Assembly (NCBI GenBank): GCA_965216325.1
Contig: OZ244160.1
Location: 1,696,001-1,760,000, forward strand
Length of the DNA stretch: 64,000 nucleotides
Reading direction: 5' to 3'
Source of the DNA: Coraliomargarita sp.
Lineage (GTDB): Bacteria; Verrucomicrobiota; Verrucomicrobiia; Opitutales; Coraliomargaritaceae
Shown: in pieces, positions 20,334 through 30,604 of the stretch
Layout of the letters: each line of letters starts with the position of its first letter
Numbering within the stretch: position 1 is the first letter of the stretch
The notes under the pieces: model-generated
What the model was told of the DNA's origin: nothing
Databases searched by the model: none
The model's input: only the letters and a program-made list of their open reading frames with translations
Translations under genes and position numbers: made by a program

Positions 20334-23229
20334 ACGCGAGCCAATACTGCCACCGCTCCTCACTGGGACGAGCGCCTATCTATGGCTCTGGGTCCTACCC
20401 GTCGCCATCTTGCTAGTGCTGAACCTACAAGCCTACTGGTTGATTGAGGGCAACATGGAAGACTCCCACCACAAGCACGCCTGGACCCTCGGCATAGCCA
20501 ATCTCGCGAATCTCGTCGCAGGTATGGTCCTTTACGTGACGATGCATGCACTTCCCGACGCACGCAGACAATCCAGCTATTGGGGCATCGCAGCTGTTGC
20601 CATACAAATCGGCTATTTGTGGATCGCCGCAGGGATGGGCCACGAAATTTTACCCAACACAGTAACCACCTGGATCTATACAGATGGCCGTTATTTTTTT
20701 AACCAATTCAGCTTTTGCATGCTACCGCTGTTCTGGGGTCTACTGCGGATCGCCTGTGCCAATACCGGAGGAATCACGCGAACACTTTGGTTTAACTGGT
20801 GCCTAGTCATCTTCGGACCACTCACGCTGTATATCGGATTCAAACTGCTCAGCTGGCTCGACTCCGGCACCTGGATCTTCGATTCCATCGCACCCTTCCT
20901 GTGGGGCACCATAATCATCGGCTTTGGACTATTGCTCTTCTTTGCCATCATGCGCGCAACGATGCTGACGCTGCGCAAACTGTCAGGCTTAGGAAAAACC
21001 GGAGAGTGCGTCGCGATTCTGTTGGTCGCGCTGGTGATGCCAGTCGGAGGCCTGCTACTCAACCGCACAATCCCCTTCCCCGTCGATTTCCAAGCATGGG
21101 AGATCTATGCACTCGTGCTGATCAACACAGGGATCCTGGCCTTTGCCACTTTCGCACACATCCAAAAACCGCAGCTTAGTTTCTGGCTGTTGTGTGCCAG
21201 CTTTCCATTCACCCTGTATTTCTTTGTCGTCTTCCTGCCCTACACCCCACTTTCCATCTTTGCGATTTTGGCCATGGGCGCGGGCTTTCTTGTGCTGACG
21301 CCCACCTTTTTATTCACCTTACATCTACACCTACTCCTCAAAGTTCGCGGGCAGGCCCAATCGAGCAACAACGCCAAGGGTCTTCTACTCGGAGGGCTGC
21401 TCAGCTTCCTACTGCTGCCGGCATTCTTCACCGCACGCGGGCTCGCTGACAAATCGGCCCTCAATCAAGCACTCGATTACACCTATACCCCGAACCTCTC
21501 GAGCGCCTCCATTGAATACCCGGGAAGCCGAAGCAACCTGCGCCGCGCACTCGCGAGCCACCGCAATTACAAAAACGGGATCTACTACCCGCTCCTCTCC
21601 GATTACTATAGCTGGCTGGTGTTCGACAATTTGGTGCTGCCGGATGACAAAATCGACACCCTCGAGAAGAATTTCTTCAATCGCGAAGGCAGCAGCGCCA
21701 ACTTAGACCCATTCCAACATGGCCTCGACTTCTTTGGCGCCCGCAGCGTGCGGGATCGTGACAGCATGCCACGGGTGCGACCGCCCTCGCGCGAAGTCGA
21801 AATTCGACATCAAGACCTCCGCCTAATACCTTCCAGTGAAGACTGCACCCAAGCCACACTGACACTCCAACTTGAAAACGTAAGCGAGGACACATGGGGC
21901 GGCGCCGAATACATCAACCAGCTGGCAGTGCCGCCCGGCATCCTCGTCAACGGCTTCCGCCTACATATCAATGGCACGCCCGTCCCGGGACGCATTTTCG
22001 AAAAAAAGACCGCACTCTGGGTCTACACGATGATTCGCGATAGCGAGCGACGCGACCCCGGCCTGCTCGTATACAACCATCCACGCGAGATCGAGCTGCG
22101 GGTCTTTCCGATCATGAAAGACCAACCCGCAACGGTTGAAATTGACTTCCTCATTCCGGCATCAGTCGAAGCATTGACCGCACCGAATCCGCTGCCCGAT
22201 CCATCCTCATTGCTACCACAGTTCACCTCATCAATCGCCCAAGTCGCACGCGGAGAGGACTTCACCTACATCGCGCCACTCCACAAGGACAGTCCAAGCA
22301 CTCAACGCCGAGGCAATTACCTACACCTGCTCATTGATCGCTCCGAGGCCCATGCATTTGAGGGCGACCTGCAAACCGCACTCCAACAAATCGCAGCACA
22401 ATTCCCTGCGGCTCACTCCGTGCAAGCCAGCTACGTCAATTATGGCGTCGTCCCGATCAATGACACACCCGTCAGCCTGGAGAATTTTACAAGTAGCGGG
22501 CCAATGCCCAAAGCCGGCGGGAACTGCCACCTCGACCTGGCACTCGCACATGCCATCCGCGCATTCACCCTAAGCCATCTAAACAATGCCGGCGACGAAT
22601 TACGCCCCGAACCCCTCTTTGTGCTACTGCGTGGCACGGACGCCGCGATCGACCCGGAACTCAAACTAACCCGCATCTGGCAAGCTAACTTGAGCGCGTT
22701 AGACGTCTACACCTCTCATAATGGCAACCCTGTGCAAGCCTTGCTCACATCCGAATCCTCCACAGTGCCACTCGTGCGCGTCGGCACACATCAGCGCTTC
22801 GCCCATGCGGGGCGTTCATTGATTTTCCCACGCTCGAATGCCGCGCCAGAGATCTTCGATGACACTTCACAAAGCTGGCGCCCCCTGGAACATCAGGAGC
22901 ATTCCATCGATAGTCCGTGGGCCAAGGCGATCACGCTGTGGGTCAACAACCACCGCTATGCAGCAAACCCGGGCGCCGCCGCACTCGGCCTCAAAGAATT
23001 GGTCAGCCTCAGCCGCACCAGCCGTGTGCTCATTCCCGCCACCAGCTACATCGTCGTCGAGAACGAAGCCCAGTGGAAAATGCTCGAACTGAAAGAAGGT
23101 CAAAAGCTGGATCAAAACGAAGCACTCGACTTCCTCGAGACCCCCACACCTCCCGCGATCTGGATTGGGCTCGGCTTTGGCGCGTGGCTATTCTGGAGGC
23201 AGCGACGCAAGGTTCGCATTTGCGCTTGA
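20290..23229 (+). CDS. Multi-TM plus VIT-like domain protein with C-terminal sorting signal (MSEP-CTERM-like)
   Basis: About 11 N-terminal TM helices; VIT-like LHING..GRIFEKKTALWVY..IR..RRDPGLL..ELRVFP; TSYIVVENEAQ; C-terminal TPTPP-TM-RQRRK. Confidence 0.75.
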   Translation: MTEATLPEAQPPPIKREPILPPLLTGTSAYLWLWVLPVAILLVLNLQAYWLIEGNMEDSHHKHAWTLGIANLANLVAGMVLYVTMHALPDARRQSSYWGIAAVAIQIGYLWIAAGMGHEILPNTVTTWIYTDGRYFFNQFSFCMLPLFWGLLRIACANTGGITRTLWFNWCLVIFGPLTLYIGFKLLSWLDSGTWIFDSIAPFLWGTIIIGFGLLLFFAIMRATMLTLRKLSGLGKTGECVAILLVALVMPVGGLLLNRTIPFPVDFQAWEIYALVLINTGILAFATFAHIQKPQLSFWLLCASFPFTLYFFVVFLPYTPLSIFAILAMGAGFLVLTPTFLFTLHLHLLLKVRGQAQSSNNAKGLLLGGLLSFLLLPAFFTARGLADKSALNQALDYTYTPNLSSASIEYPGSRSNLRRALASHRNYKNGIYYPLLSDYYSWLVFDNLVLPDDKIDTLEKNFFNREGSSANLDPFQHGLDFFGARSVRDRDSMPRVRPPSREVEIRHQDLRLIPSSEDCTQATLTLQLENVSEDTWGGAEYINQLAVPPGILVNGFRLHINGTPVPGRIFEKKTALWVYTMIRDSERRDPGLLVYNHPREIELRVFPIMKDQPATVEIDFLIPASVEALTAPNPLPDPSSLLPQFTSSIAQVARGEDFTYIAPLHKDSPSTQRRGNYLHLLIDRSEAHAFEGDLQTALQQIAAQFPAAHSVQASYVNYGVVPINDTPVSLENFTSSGPMPKAGGNCHLDLALAHAIRAFTLSHLNNAGDELRPEPLFVLLRGTDAAIDPELKLTRIWQANLSALDVYTSHNGNPVQALLTSESSTVPLVRVGTHQRFAHAGRSLIFPRSNAAPEIFDDTSQSWRPLEHQEHSIDSPWAKAITLWVNNHRYAANPGAAALGLKELVSLSRTSRVLIPATSYIVVENEAQWKMLELKEGQKLDQNEALDFLETPTPPAIWIGLGFGAWLFWRQRRKVRICA

Positions 23230-23260
23230 GCACACGGGCTTGTGATGCGAAAGCTAGACC

Positions 23261-24091
23261 ATGCAAGAGGACCTGCAGCAAATCAGTGCATGGAAAGACG
23301 AACTGATCATCTTAATCACTAAGAACGGGGCCAACTGGGCCATCGCCGTCGGCATCGTGGCCCTCGGGGTCTGGCTGGGCAAAAGCATCGCCAACCTGAT
23401 CCTCAGGATTTGCGAGAAGCGCTCGATCGACATTACCCTGGCGCGTTTCTTCGCAGGCTTTGCGAAAATCGTCATCATTATATTCGCCGCGGTGATGGCT
23501 CTTGGCAAAGCCGGCATTGAAATCACGCCACTGGTTGCCCTTCTCGGTGCCAGCGCCTTCGGCTTGAGCTTAGCAGTGCAAGGCCCCATCTCAAACTACG
23601 GTGCCGGTGTGGTGCTGATCATCACTCGCCCCTTCAAAGTCGGCGACACGCTCACACTCAACGGGCTTTGCGGTCTGGTCGATTGCGTGAACTTGGGCAA
23701 CACCCAGCTCATTAACGAGGACGAGGAACGTATCACCATCCCGAACCGCAAGGTGCTCGGAGAGATCTTTACCAACTCCGAAGTCTACAAGGTCGTCGAA
23801 GCTGAGGTCGGCATCGCCTATTCCAGCGATCCCGAACAGGCCATCCGCGTGATCACGGAAGCAGTCTCTGCTGTGGACGGCATCTCGGACACGCGCAAGC
23901 CGGACGTGGGCATCGAAACCTTTGGCGATTCCTCGATCAATATCGGCTACCGAGTCTGGGTGCCGACTGCGAAGTATCACCGCATGCGCTATGCGCTCAA
24001 CCTTGCGGTCTACAAAGCGCTGCAACAGGCCGAGATCGAAATCCCATTCCCACAGCGCGACGTGCATTTAATCGACCCGCGCAAGGGCTAG
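23261..24091 (+). CDS. mscS: Small-conductance mechanosensitive channel
   Basis: 3 TM, GLSLAVQGPISNY..RPFKVGD..IPN..IEIPFPQRDVH. Confidence 0.93.
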   Translation: MQEDLQQISAWKDELIILITKNGANWAIAVGIVALGVWLGKSIANLILRICEKRSIDITLARFFAGFAKIVIIIFAAVMALGKAGIEITPLVALLGASAFGLSLAVQGPISNYGAGVVLIITRPFKVGDTLTLNGLCGLVDCVNLGNTQLINEDEERITIPNRKVLGEIFTNSEVYKVVEAEVGIAYSSDPEQAIRVITEAVSAVDGISDTRKPDVGIETFGDSSINIGYRVWVPTAKYHRMRYALNLAVYKALQQAEIEIPFPQRDVHLIDPRKG

Positions 24092-24106
24092 TGCACAGCT
24101 TTTAGC

Positions 24107-24134
24107 GGGTAGCGCAGGCGCGTCTCGCGCCGCA
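24107..24134 (+). repeat. GTAG REP, family A
   Basis: Identical to 11381-11408. Confidence 0.85.
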
Positions 24135-24190
24135 TGAACGACGCAAAGGTCTGGTAACAACTACGTGAATGCGCCCCGAGGACGGTGCGA

Positions 24191-24453
24191 ATGACACTAG
24201 CTTAAGAGCATTTCAGTTTGGGATAGATTGGTAGGGCAGTCTCGCCGAGACTGCCGCCTGTCTGGCGTAGCCTTAGCGAAGACGGGTTCGTAAGATGCCG
24301 TGAACTGCAATCGATTCAGGATGACAGGTTGAGGCTATAAGCAATCCACGTAGCATGGGTATTCTGTATAATTTGCCGAACGGTCGTCTCGGCGAGACGA
24401 CCCTACCATAATGAAGCCTTAGAGAACCCAAATTTATCTTAAAGTAGTGCCAT
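24191..24453. mobile_element. Possible MITE-like element containing a nested REP doublet
   Basis: Imperfect terminal inverted repeats atgacactagcttaag / cttaaagtagtgccat; inner ggtagggcagtctcgccgagactgccg (24230) and cggtcgtctcggcgagacgaccctacc (24381). Confidence 0.45.
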
Positions 24454-24575
24454 TCGGGACAGTGCCACACTACCTCCCCCCCCCAAAAAAACCGGCCTCC
24501 CAGGAGCAGAGCCAAGATTGGCTCGATGCACCCGAAAGGCCGGCAGGGGGGATACAATACTTTGGGATGTGCTTC

Positions 24576-25025
24576 TTAGTTCAGCAGCTCTTTGATGTGC
24601 TCAACGTAAGCCTCGGCGCCACCCTCTTGGTAGCCTGTGCGGCCGAGGACTTCTCCGTCACCGGAGAGCAACAGAATGGTCGGGAAGCCGCGCACCTTAT
24701 ATCTGGCAGCCAGCGCTTCGTTCTGAGCTTCCAGCGCAGGGCTTTGCTCTTTGCCGCGCGGGAAATCGATCTCAAGCAACACCAACGAGTCCTTGGCGTA
24801 GTCCTTGAAGGCCTGCTTACTGAAGACCTCCTTATCCAGTCGAATGCACCAGCCACACCAGTCGGAGCCGGTAAAATCAACCAAAACTGGCTTGTTCTCA
24901 GCCTTAGCGGTCGCGAGCGCAGCCTTGAAGTCAGTTTGCCAGTCGTCTCCAGCTGCTTGCACCTGAAGGGCCAACGCAGTGAACGCGACGAGAGGAATGA
25001 GTGAACGGAGTAGTTTTTTCATCAT
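24576..25025 (-). CDS. Exported thioredoxin-family protein
   Basis: Signal peptide; VDFTGSDWCGWC; V.GFPT cis-Pro loop. Confidence 0.9.
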   Translation of the reverse strand: MMKKLLRSLIPLVAFTALALQVQAAGDDWQTDFKAALATAKAENKPVLVDFTGSDWCGWCIRLDKEVFSKQAFKDYAKDSLVLLEIDFPRGKEQSPALEAQNEALAARYKVRGFPTILLLSGDGEVLGRTGYQEGGAEAYVEHIKELLN

Positions 25026-25169
25026 AAATTGTGTGGATTTGAACTGTAGGATCTCTAAATCGCTAAGATATTCCCAAATTGACCGATAATTTAGAAATAC
25101 AGTGTGCGCGAACTATTCTCTGGAACTGTGAGCATAATCGACGTTCTATACGCACAATTACACAGCACC

Positions 25170-25841
25170 ATGGACTACCTACTACTTGTCATCGTTCCAA
25201 TTATAATCGGATTTTGGGCTCAGCATAAGGTCAAGAGCACCTACGAGAAGTATGTTCGCGTGCCCTCACGCGGGCGCATTACTGGCCGCGAAGCAGCACA
25301 GGCAGTGATGCAGAGCGCCGGGATCTACGACGTCGAGATCGTGCCCTGTCACGGCACCCTCACCGATCACTACGATCCGAACAACAAGCGTCTGGCGCTC
25401 AGCGAGCACAACTATCAAGGCACCAGCCTGGCGGCTCTCGGCGTTGCCGCGCACGAAGCAGGCCACGCAATCCAGCACAAGCAGGCCTACAAGCCCCTGA
25501 ATCTGCGCATGCAGCTCGTGCCTGTCACCAATTTCGCCTCACAACTCTTACCGATCTACTTCATCGGCAGTATTTTTCTGTTCGGGCCAAAGGCTCCCCT
25601 CTTCCTCACAATCGGCATCGGGATTTTCCTCGTCTTAACACTGTTTCAACTGGTCACCCTGCCCGTCGAATTCGACGCCAGCAAGCGCGCCAAACAGCAG
25701 CTCGTCTCACTCGGCATCGTCGATCAGGACGAAATGTCCGGTGTCACCAAGACGCTCGACGCAGCCGCTTACACCTATGTGGCCGCCTTCATCTCCAGTC
25801 TCGGCTGGCTACTATATCTCTTCATGGGCCGCCGCGACTAA
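25170..25841 (+). CDS. Neutral zinc metallopeptidase (YugP/Zn_peptidase_2)
   Basis: LTDHYDP, AAHEAGHAIQH, TLPVEFDAS.RA, AAAYTYVA. Confidence 0.9.
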   Translation: MDYLLLVIVPIIIGFWAQHKVKSTYEKYVRVPSRGRITGREAAQAVMQSAGIYDVEIVPCHGTLTDHYDPNNKRLALSEHNYQGTSLAALGVAAHEAGHAIQHKQAYKPLNLRMQLVPVTNFASQLLPIYFIGSIFLFGPKAPLFLTIGIGIFLVLTLFQLVTLPVEFDASKRAKQQLVSLGIVDQDEMSGVTKTLDAAAYTYVAAFISSLGWLLYLFMGRRD

Positions 25842-25870
25842 GCGCATCTGCTGTAAGTGTAATTTCCCGA

Positions 25871-25900
25871 AGGCTCCGACGATCTGTCGGAGCCTTTTTT
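25871..25900 (+). terminator. Intrinsic terminator
   Basis: aggctccgac-gatct-gtcggagcct perfect 10-bp stem plus T run. Confidence 0.85.
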
Positions 25901-25998
25901 GCACTCAAAAATACAAGTCTTTGATTCACAAATTCTTAAAAGTTTTCAATTTGCACAGATCGATCTTTTTTGGCATATTAGAATGCTTACCCCCCCCT

Positions 25999-28599
25999 AT
26001 GAGCAGAATCCAAAAATTAGCCATCCTAAGCCTAACTGCGTTGTGCACTAGCGGCCTGAACGCTGGCTACCTAGACGATATCGGGCTCACTGACCTGCGC
26101 GCACGCGAGCCCAGCCTAGACGGAACAGGTGTTAGCGTTGGCCAAGTGGAGGCACAATTGAGCGGAAAATGGCACACCGACCCATCCAATGTCGGGCTGA
26201 GTAGCTCAACGTTCAAATATTACGATAGCACATATACATATTCCACGGGCACGAGCTATGACAGCGCCCTTGAGTCCTCTCATGCGAACACCGTAGGTGG
26301 TCGTTTCTTTGCGGATCCAAGCGGGACAGACAATAAAGATGGAGTCGCATCCGGAGTTAGCGCGATTGGAGTGTTTGAAGCAAATTACTTCTACAACAAC
26401 TTGGTTGCTTCCGGCACGAACGTAAACCTAGAGGTAATCAACCAGAGCTTCGTCTTTGACCAAATCTACTCGCAGGCCGATCAAGCTTACGATAACTATG
26501 CTGACAATTATAACGTCCTGTTTGTGAACGGCATCAACACAAACAATAATCCAGCCACCATCCCCACACCAGCAAGCAGCTACAACGGCATCGCAGTGGG
26601 TGCAGTCAATGACCCAGTTGCCTCGTTGAGCGATGGACGCAGCAAGCCGGACATCGTAGCACCAGGATCGACGGCAGCGAGCTATACGACGCCTCTCGTA
26701 TCAGGTGCTGCGGCACTACTGATACAATCAGGCAACACCAACGATGCCACCGACATTCGAACCATCAAGGCACTGCTACTGAACTCAGCCACCAAACCGA
26801 AAGGCTGGTCCAACGCAACAACCCGCCCTCTGGACACCACCAATGGAGCCGGCATCCTTGAAGTCAATCAGGCGGAACTCCAGCTCGCAGCAGGACAGTA
26901 TGCGCCGACTCAAGACGAGGTCTTAACGGAAGCAGATACCGCACACCTGCCGCCCAACGGAGAAACAGGAAATGTGGCTTCATATAGCGGATGGAACTTA
27001 GGCAGCGTGACTAATACAGCTGATAGCTCAGGCCCCCCCGGGGGCAGAAAGCAATACGACGTCACCGACCACTACTTCTTCGACCTTAGCAGCTCGGATG
27101 CCGCGGCCTTCTACCTGACCTCGACTTTGGTATGGAATCGTCAGAGCGGACGAAGCAACATCAACAATCTGGACTTATTTCTCTACGCCGAAGACGGAAC
27201 TCTCGTGGCCAGCAGTGTCAGTTCGGTTGACAACGTTGAGCACATTTATCAACGCCACATCGCTCCCGGGCGCTACATCCTTCAAGTCCACAAGCCCTAC
27301 AACAGCGGCAATGAAACGAACGGCGAAACTTACGCACTCGCATTTAACTTCCGCGCGGCCCCGACTCCCGGCACTCCGGGCAGTCTAAGTGCGACTGTTC
27401 AGTCAAGCAGTGAGATCGACTTAAGTTGGACCGATACGAGTGATGATGAAACCAATTATCGAGTTGAGCGACGTCCAAGCGGCGGAACCTACAGCACCAT
27501 CGACACACTGGACGCCGACACGACCACTTACTCTGACAATGGTTTAGATTCGGGAACAACCTACGAGTATCGAGTAACCGCCTTCAACGCTGAAGCCGAA
27601 AGCTCAACAACCGCATCGGCAACTACGCTCGCAGCACTTCCCGACGCACCAAGCAATGCCAGCGCTAACGCCGTCTCGACAACGGCAGTCAATCTGAGCT
27701 GGTCCGATAACAGCAACAACGAAGACGGTTTCCGCATCGAGCGTCGCCCCTCCGGTGGCAGCTACGCCGAGATCGCGACCGTCACAGCCAACACCACCAG
27801 CTATAGCGATACCAGCCTGTCGGATGGCATCCTTTTCGAATACCGCGTTAGTGCCTATAATGGCTCGGGTTCCTCAACCGGGACCACCACCAGCGCGACC
27901 ACCCCGATTGCTCCAGCCTCCAATGCAGGCGCAACAGTGATCTCCGATACAGAGGTCCAAATCAGCTGGACAGACAACAGCACAAGCGAAACCGGCTACC
28001 GTATCGAACGCCGCCTTAGCGGTGGCAGCTACAGCACACTCACGACACTCGCCGCCGATACCGAAGTCTACACCGACAGCACTTGCACTGCAGGAACCAG
28101 CTACGATTACCAAATCATCGCGACCAACGACAACGGGGATGCCTCGGCAGCCCAAGTAAGTGCGACCACCTACACCGTTGAAGAAGACTGGCTACTGATC
28201 AACTTCGGCACAACGACAGCCACAGGCGATGCGGCCGACGATGCCGACCCGGAATTCGACGGACTCGCCAACCAGCTTGAGTTTGCCACGGGCAGCGACC
28301 CGAATGCGTTCAGCCCAAATCCAGTGAACCACAGTCAGCTCGGCAGCACTGGCAAGTTCAGTTTCACATGGCGCACGAATAGCGCTCTGGACTTTTCTAT
28401 CGGCTACAGCAACGACCTGACCACCGGCTTCACTTACTACAGCTCCAGCGCCATTGATGGCGGCTCAAGCCCCACGCTCGAACTCATACAATCCACCCCG
28501 ATTGATAGCGAATTCGAGACACTCACCTACGGCATCAAGAGCAGTGTGACCTCAGACCGAGTCTTCATCCGACTCCAAATAAATGAGCCACCGGAATAA
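25999..28599 (+). CDS. Secreted S8 subtilase-like protease with three fibronectin type III domains
   Basis: Signal peptide; SSHANTVG, KPDIVAPG, ASYTTPLVSG, IKALLLNSA; three LSWxD.S..E..YR(V/I)ERR..YEYRV.A.N repeats; DGLANQLEFATGSDP C-terminal module. Confidence 0.85.
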   Translation: MSRIQKLAILSLTALCTSGLNAGYLDDIGLTDLRAREPSLDGTGVSVGQVEAQLSGKWHTDPSNVGLSSSTFKYYDSTYTYSTGTSYDSALESSHANTVGGRFFADPSGTDNKDGVASGVSAIGVFEANYFYNNLVASGTNVNLEVINQSFVFDQIYSQADQAYDNYADNYNVLFVNGINTNNNPATIPTPASSYNGIAVGAVNDPVASLSDGRSKPDIVAPGSTAASYTTPLVSGAAALLIQSGNTNDATDIRTIKALLLNSATKPKGWSNATTRPLDTTNGAGILEVNQAELQLAAGQYAPTQDEVLTEADTAHLPPNGETGNVASYSGWNLGSVTNTADSSGPPGGRKQYDVTDHYFFDLSSSDAAAFYLTSTLVWNRQSGRSNINNLDLFLYAEDGTLVASSVSSVDNVEHIYQRHIAPGRYILQVHKPYNSGNETNGETYALAFNFRAAPTPGTPGSLSATVQSSSEIDLSWTDTSDDETNYRVERRPSGGTYSTIDTLDADTTTYSDNGLDSGTTYEYRVTAFNAEAESSTTASATTLAALPDAPSNASANAVSTTAVNLSWSDNSNNEDGFRIERRPSGGSYAEIATVTANTTSYSDTSLSDGILFEYRVSAYNGSGSSTGTTTSATTPIAPASNAGATVISDTEVQISWTDNSTSETGYRIERRLSGGSYSTLTTLAADTEVYTDSTCTAGTSYDYQIIATNDNGDASAAQVSATTYTVEEDWLLINFGTTTATGDAADDADPEFDGLANQLEFATGSDPNAFSPNPVNHSQLGSTGKFSFTWRTNSALDFSIGYSNDLTTGFTYYSSSAIDGGSSPTLELIQSTPIDSEFETLTYGIKSSVTSDRVFIRLQINEPPE

Positions 28600-28648
28600 G
28601 GCTTGACGCTCGACCTACGTAAGGCGTTAACTTCGCATCTTTCTGAGT

Positions 28649-28706
<58 letters not shown>

Positions 28707-28725
<19 letters not shown>

Positions 28726-29086
28726 TGAAAAAACCTCCGCGCAAGCAGAGGTTTTTTTGTGGGCGTATGGCAGACAGAGGTTTGAACCTGCGGAGCAGGT
28801 TTAACGAAGCGAAGCGGAGATGGGGCGCACCACGTGCGAGTCCGAAGGACCAGACCGCAGGTCTGCCAATCCTGTCAGCCCGACCATGAAAAATACCTTT
28901 GCGCAAGCAGAGGTTTTTTTGTGGGCGTATGGCAGACAGAGGTTTGAACCTGCGGAGCAGGTTTAACGAAGCGAAGCGGAGATGAGGCGCACCACGTGCG
29001 AGTCCGAAGGACCAGACCGCAGGTCTGCCAATCCTGTCAGCCCGACCATGAAAAACCGCCTCGATTCATCGGGGCTTTTTTGTGGG
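28707..29086 (+). repeat. tRNA-linked tandem repeat (~161-162 bp, two full units plus a partial third)
   Basis: 19-nt tRNA 3' end aatcctgtcagcccgacca at 28707, 28868 and 29030, each followed by a hairpin and T run; intervening sequence nearly identical. Confidence 0.92.
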
Positions 29087-29193
29087 TTCAAGCCATGCAT
29101 TCAAATGGTCCGGTTCCCTTCACAGCTTCGGGACCCGGTCATTTTTTAAAAGGCATCCTTCCCAGGCGGATGCCTTTTTGCTATCTCACGAGC

Positions 29194-30600
29194 ATGGAAT
29201 CATTGGCGCAACAACTCTTCGGCAATTACTCAGAACCTGCCTTTGAACGGCGCGGGCTGATGCTCGACATTAGTCGCAACCGAGTGCCGACCATGGCGTG
29301 GCTGAAGTATCTAGTCGATGCCCTGCAAGCCCTGCGCTATAATGAGCTACAGCTCTATACGGAGCACACCTTTGCCTACGCGGCTCACTCCAAAGTCTGG
29401 GAGGGCGCCTCGCCCATGAGCGCCGAGGAGATCCGTGAATTGGACGCCTATTGCGCCGAGCGTGGTATTGAGTTGGTACCCAATCAAAACTCCTTTGGAC
29501 ACATGGAGCGCTGGCTGCGCCACGACGGCTACAAGCATCTGGCCGAATCACCCAATGGCTTCGAACACCCGATTGCCGGATGGCGCGACTTCGGTAGCAC
29601 CCTCTACCCCTGCCCGGAGAGCTTGGCATTCATGGATTCTCTGTATGCCGAGCTACTGCCAAATTTCAGCTCGGCCCAGCTCAATATCGGCTGCGATGAA
29701 CCCTGGGAACTCGGCCAAGGCCTCAGCCGCGAGCGCATTGCCAAGGAGGGCAAGCATTCGGTCTATCTGGCATTTCTGAGCCAACTCCTCGCATTGGCGA
29801 AGCAGCATCACAAACGCCCACAGTTCTGGGCAGACATCGTGCTCGAGCGCCCAGAGCTCGTCTCGAACTTGCCAGAAGGTGTCACCCCTGTGATCTGGGG
29901 CTATGAAGCCGATTCGCCATTTGACGAACAATGCAAAGTCGTCTCAGACGCAGGCTTTGCTAACAGCTTCTACGTCGCCCCCGGAGCAGGCACTTGGAAC
30001 TCTTTTGGCGGTCGACTCGATGTGGCACGCGCGAACATCCAAAACGCAGCCACGGCCGGACGCCTCAATCAGGCCCAAGGCCTACTGCTCACCGCTTGGG
30101 GAGATAACGGTCACCACCAACCCAACCCAACCATATTTCCAGCCCTGATTCTTGCAGCTCAAGCGGCATGGGGCCATGAGCTAGCCGACGATGCGCTGCT
30201 CGCGGATGCCACCGACGCCCTGTTCTATCCGGACGGACCATCGGGCAACGGGCAAGCACTCTGCGCACTCGGATACATCGACGGAATGCTACCTCAGCCA
30301 GCACCGCCAAGCAGCTTCCTACATCGTGCTTTTTTCTGCCAAGAGGATGCGCTAAGCGACCTTCTGAATCTAAGCAGCACCAAACAGCTGCAAGCAACAC
30401 TGGACGCCCTCGAGCAAATCCCGAGCACGCAGATCGATCCAGAAATCCAGATGGGCATCGACTTCGACCGCCATGCCCTAGAGCGCTGCCTAGGCCTCGA
30501 GCCTTCAGATACACGCGAATCACTGGCAAAACGCTTCCAAGAGCGTTGGCTAGAGCGTAGCCGCCCCGGCGGACTCGAGGAAAGCCTAAGCTACTTCTAG
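29194..30600 (+). CDS. Glycoside hydrolase family 20 (beta-N-acetylhexosaminidase-like)
   Basis: RGLMLDISR, LYTEHTF, NQNSFGH, NIGCDE catalytic pair, WGD.GH. Confidence 0.85.
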   Translation: MESLAQQLFGNYSEPAFERRGLMLDISRNRVPTMAWLKYLVDALQALRYNELQLYTEHTFAYAAHSKVWEGASPMSAEEIRELDAYCAERGIELVPNQNSFGHMERWLRHDGYKHLAESPNGFEHPIAGWRDFGSTLYPCPESLAFMDSLYAELLPNFSSAQLNIGCDEPWELGQGLSRERIAKEGKHSVYLAFLSQLLALAKQHHKRPQFWADIVLERPELVSNLPEGVTPVIWGYEADSPFDEQCKVVSDAGFANSFYVAPGAGTWNSFGGRLDVARANIQNAATAGRLNQAQGLLLTAWGDNGHHQPNPTIFPALILAAQAAWGHELADDALLADATDALFYPDGPSGNGQALCALGYIDGMLPQPAPPSSFLHRAFFCQEDALSDLLNLSSTKQLQATLDALEQIPSTQIDPEIQMGIDFDRHALERCLGLEPSDTRESLAKRFQERWLERSRPGGLEESLSYF

Positions 30601-30604
30601 CAGC

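Noticed and set aside
24447..25004. 185-aa plus-strand ORF
   Set aside because: Antisense shadow of the thioredoxin gene; no motifs
27350..28180. DNA-level repeats in the protease gene
   Set aside because: Explained by three FN3 domains
28996..29193. N-terminal extension of the GH20 ORF, and ORFs within 28565-28906
   Set aside because: They run through the tRNA and its linked repeats
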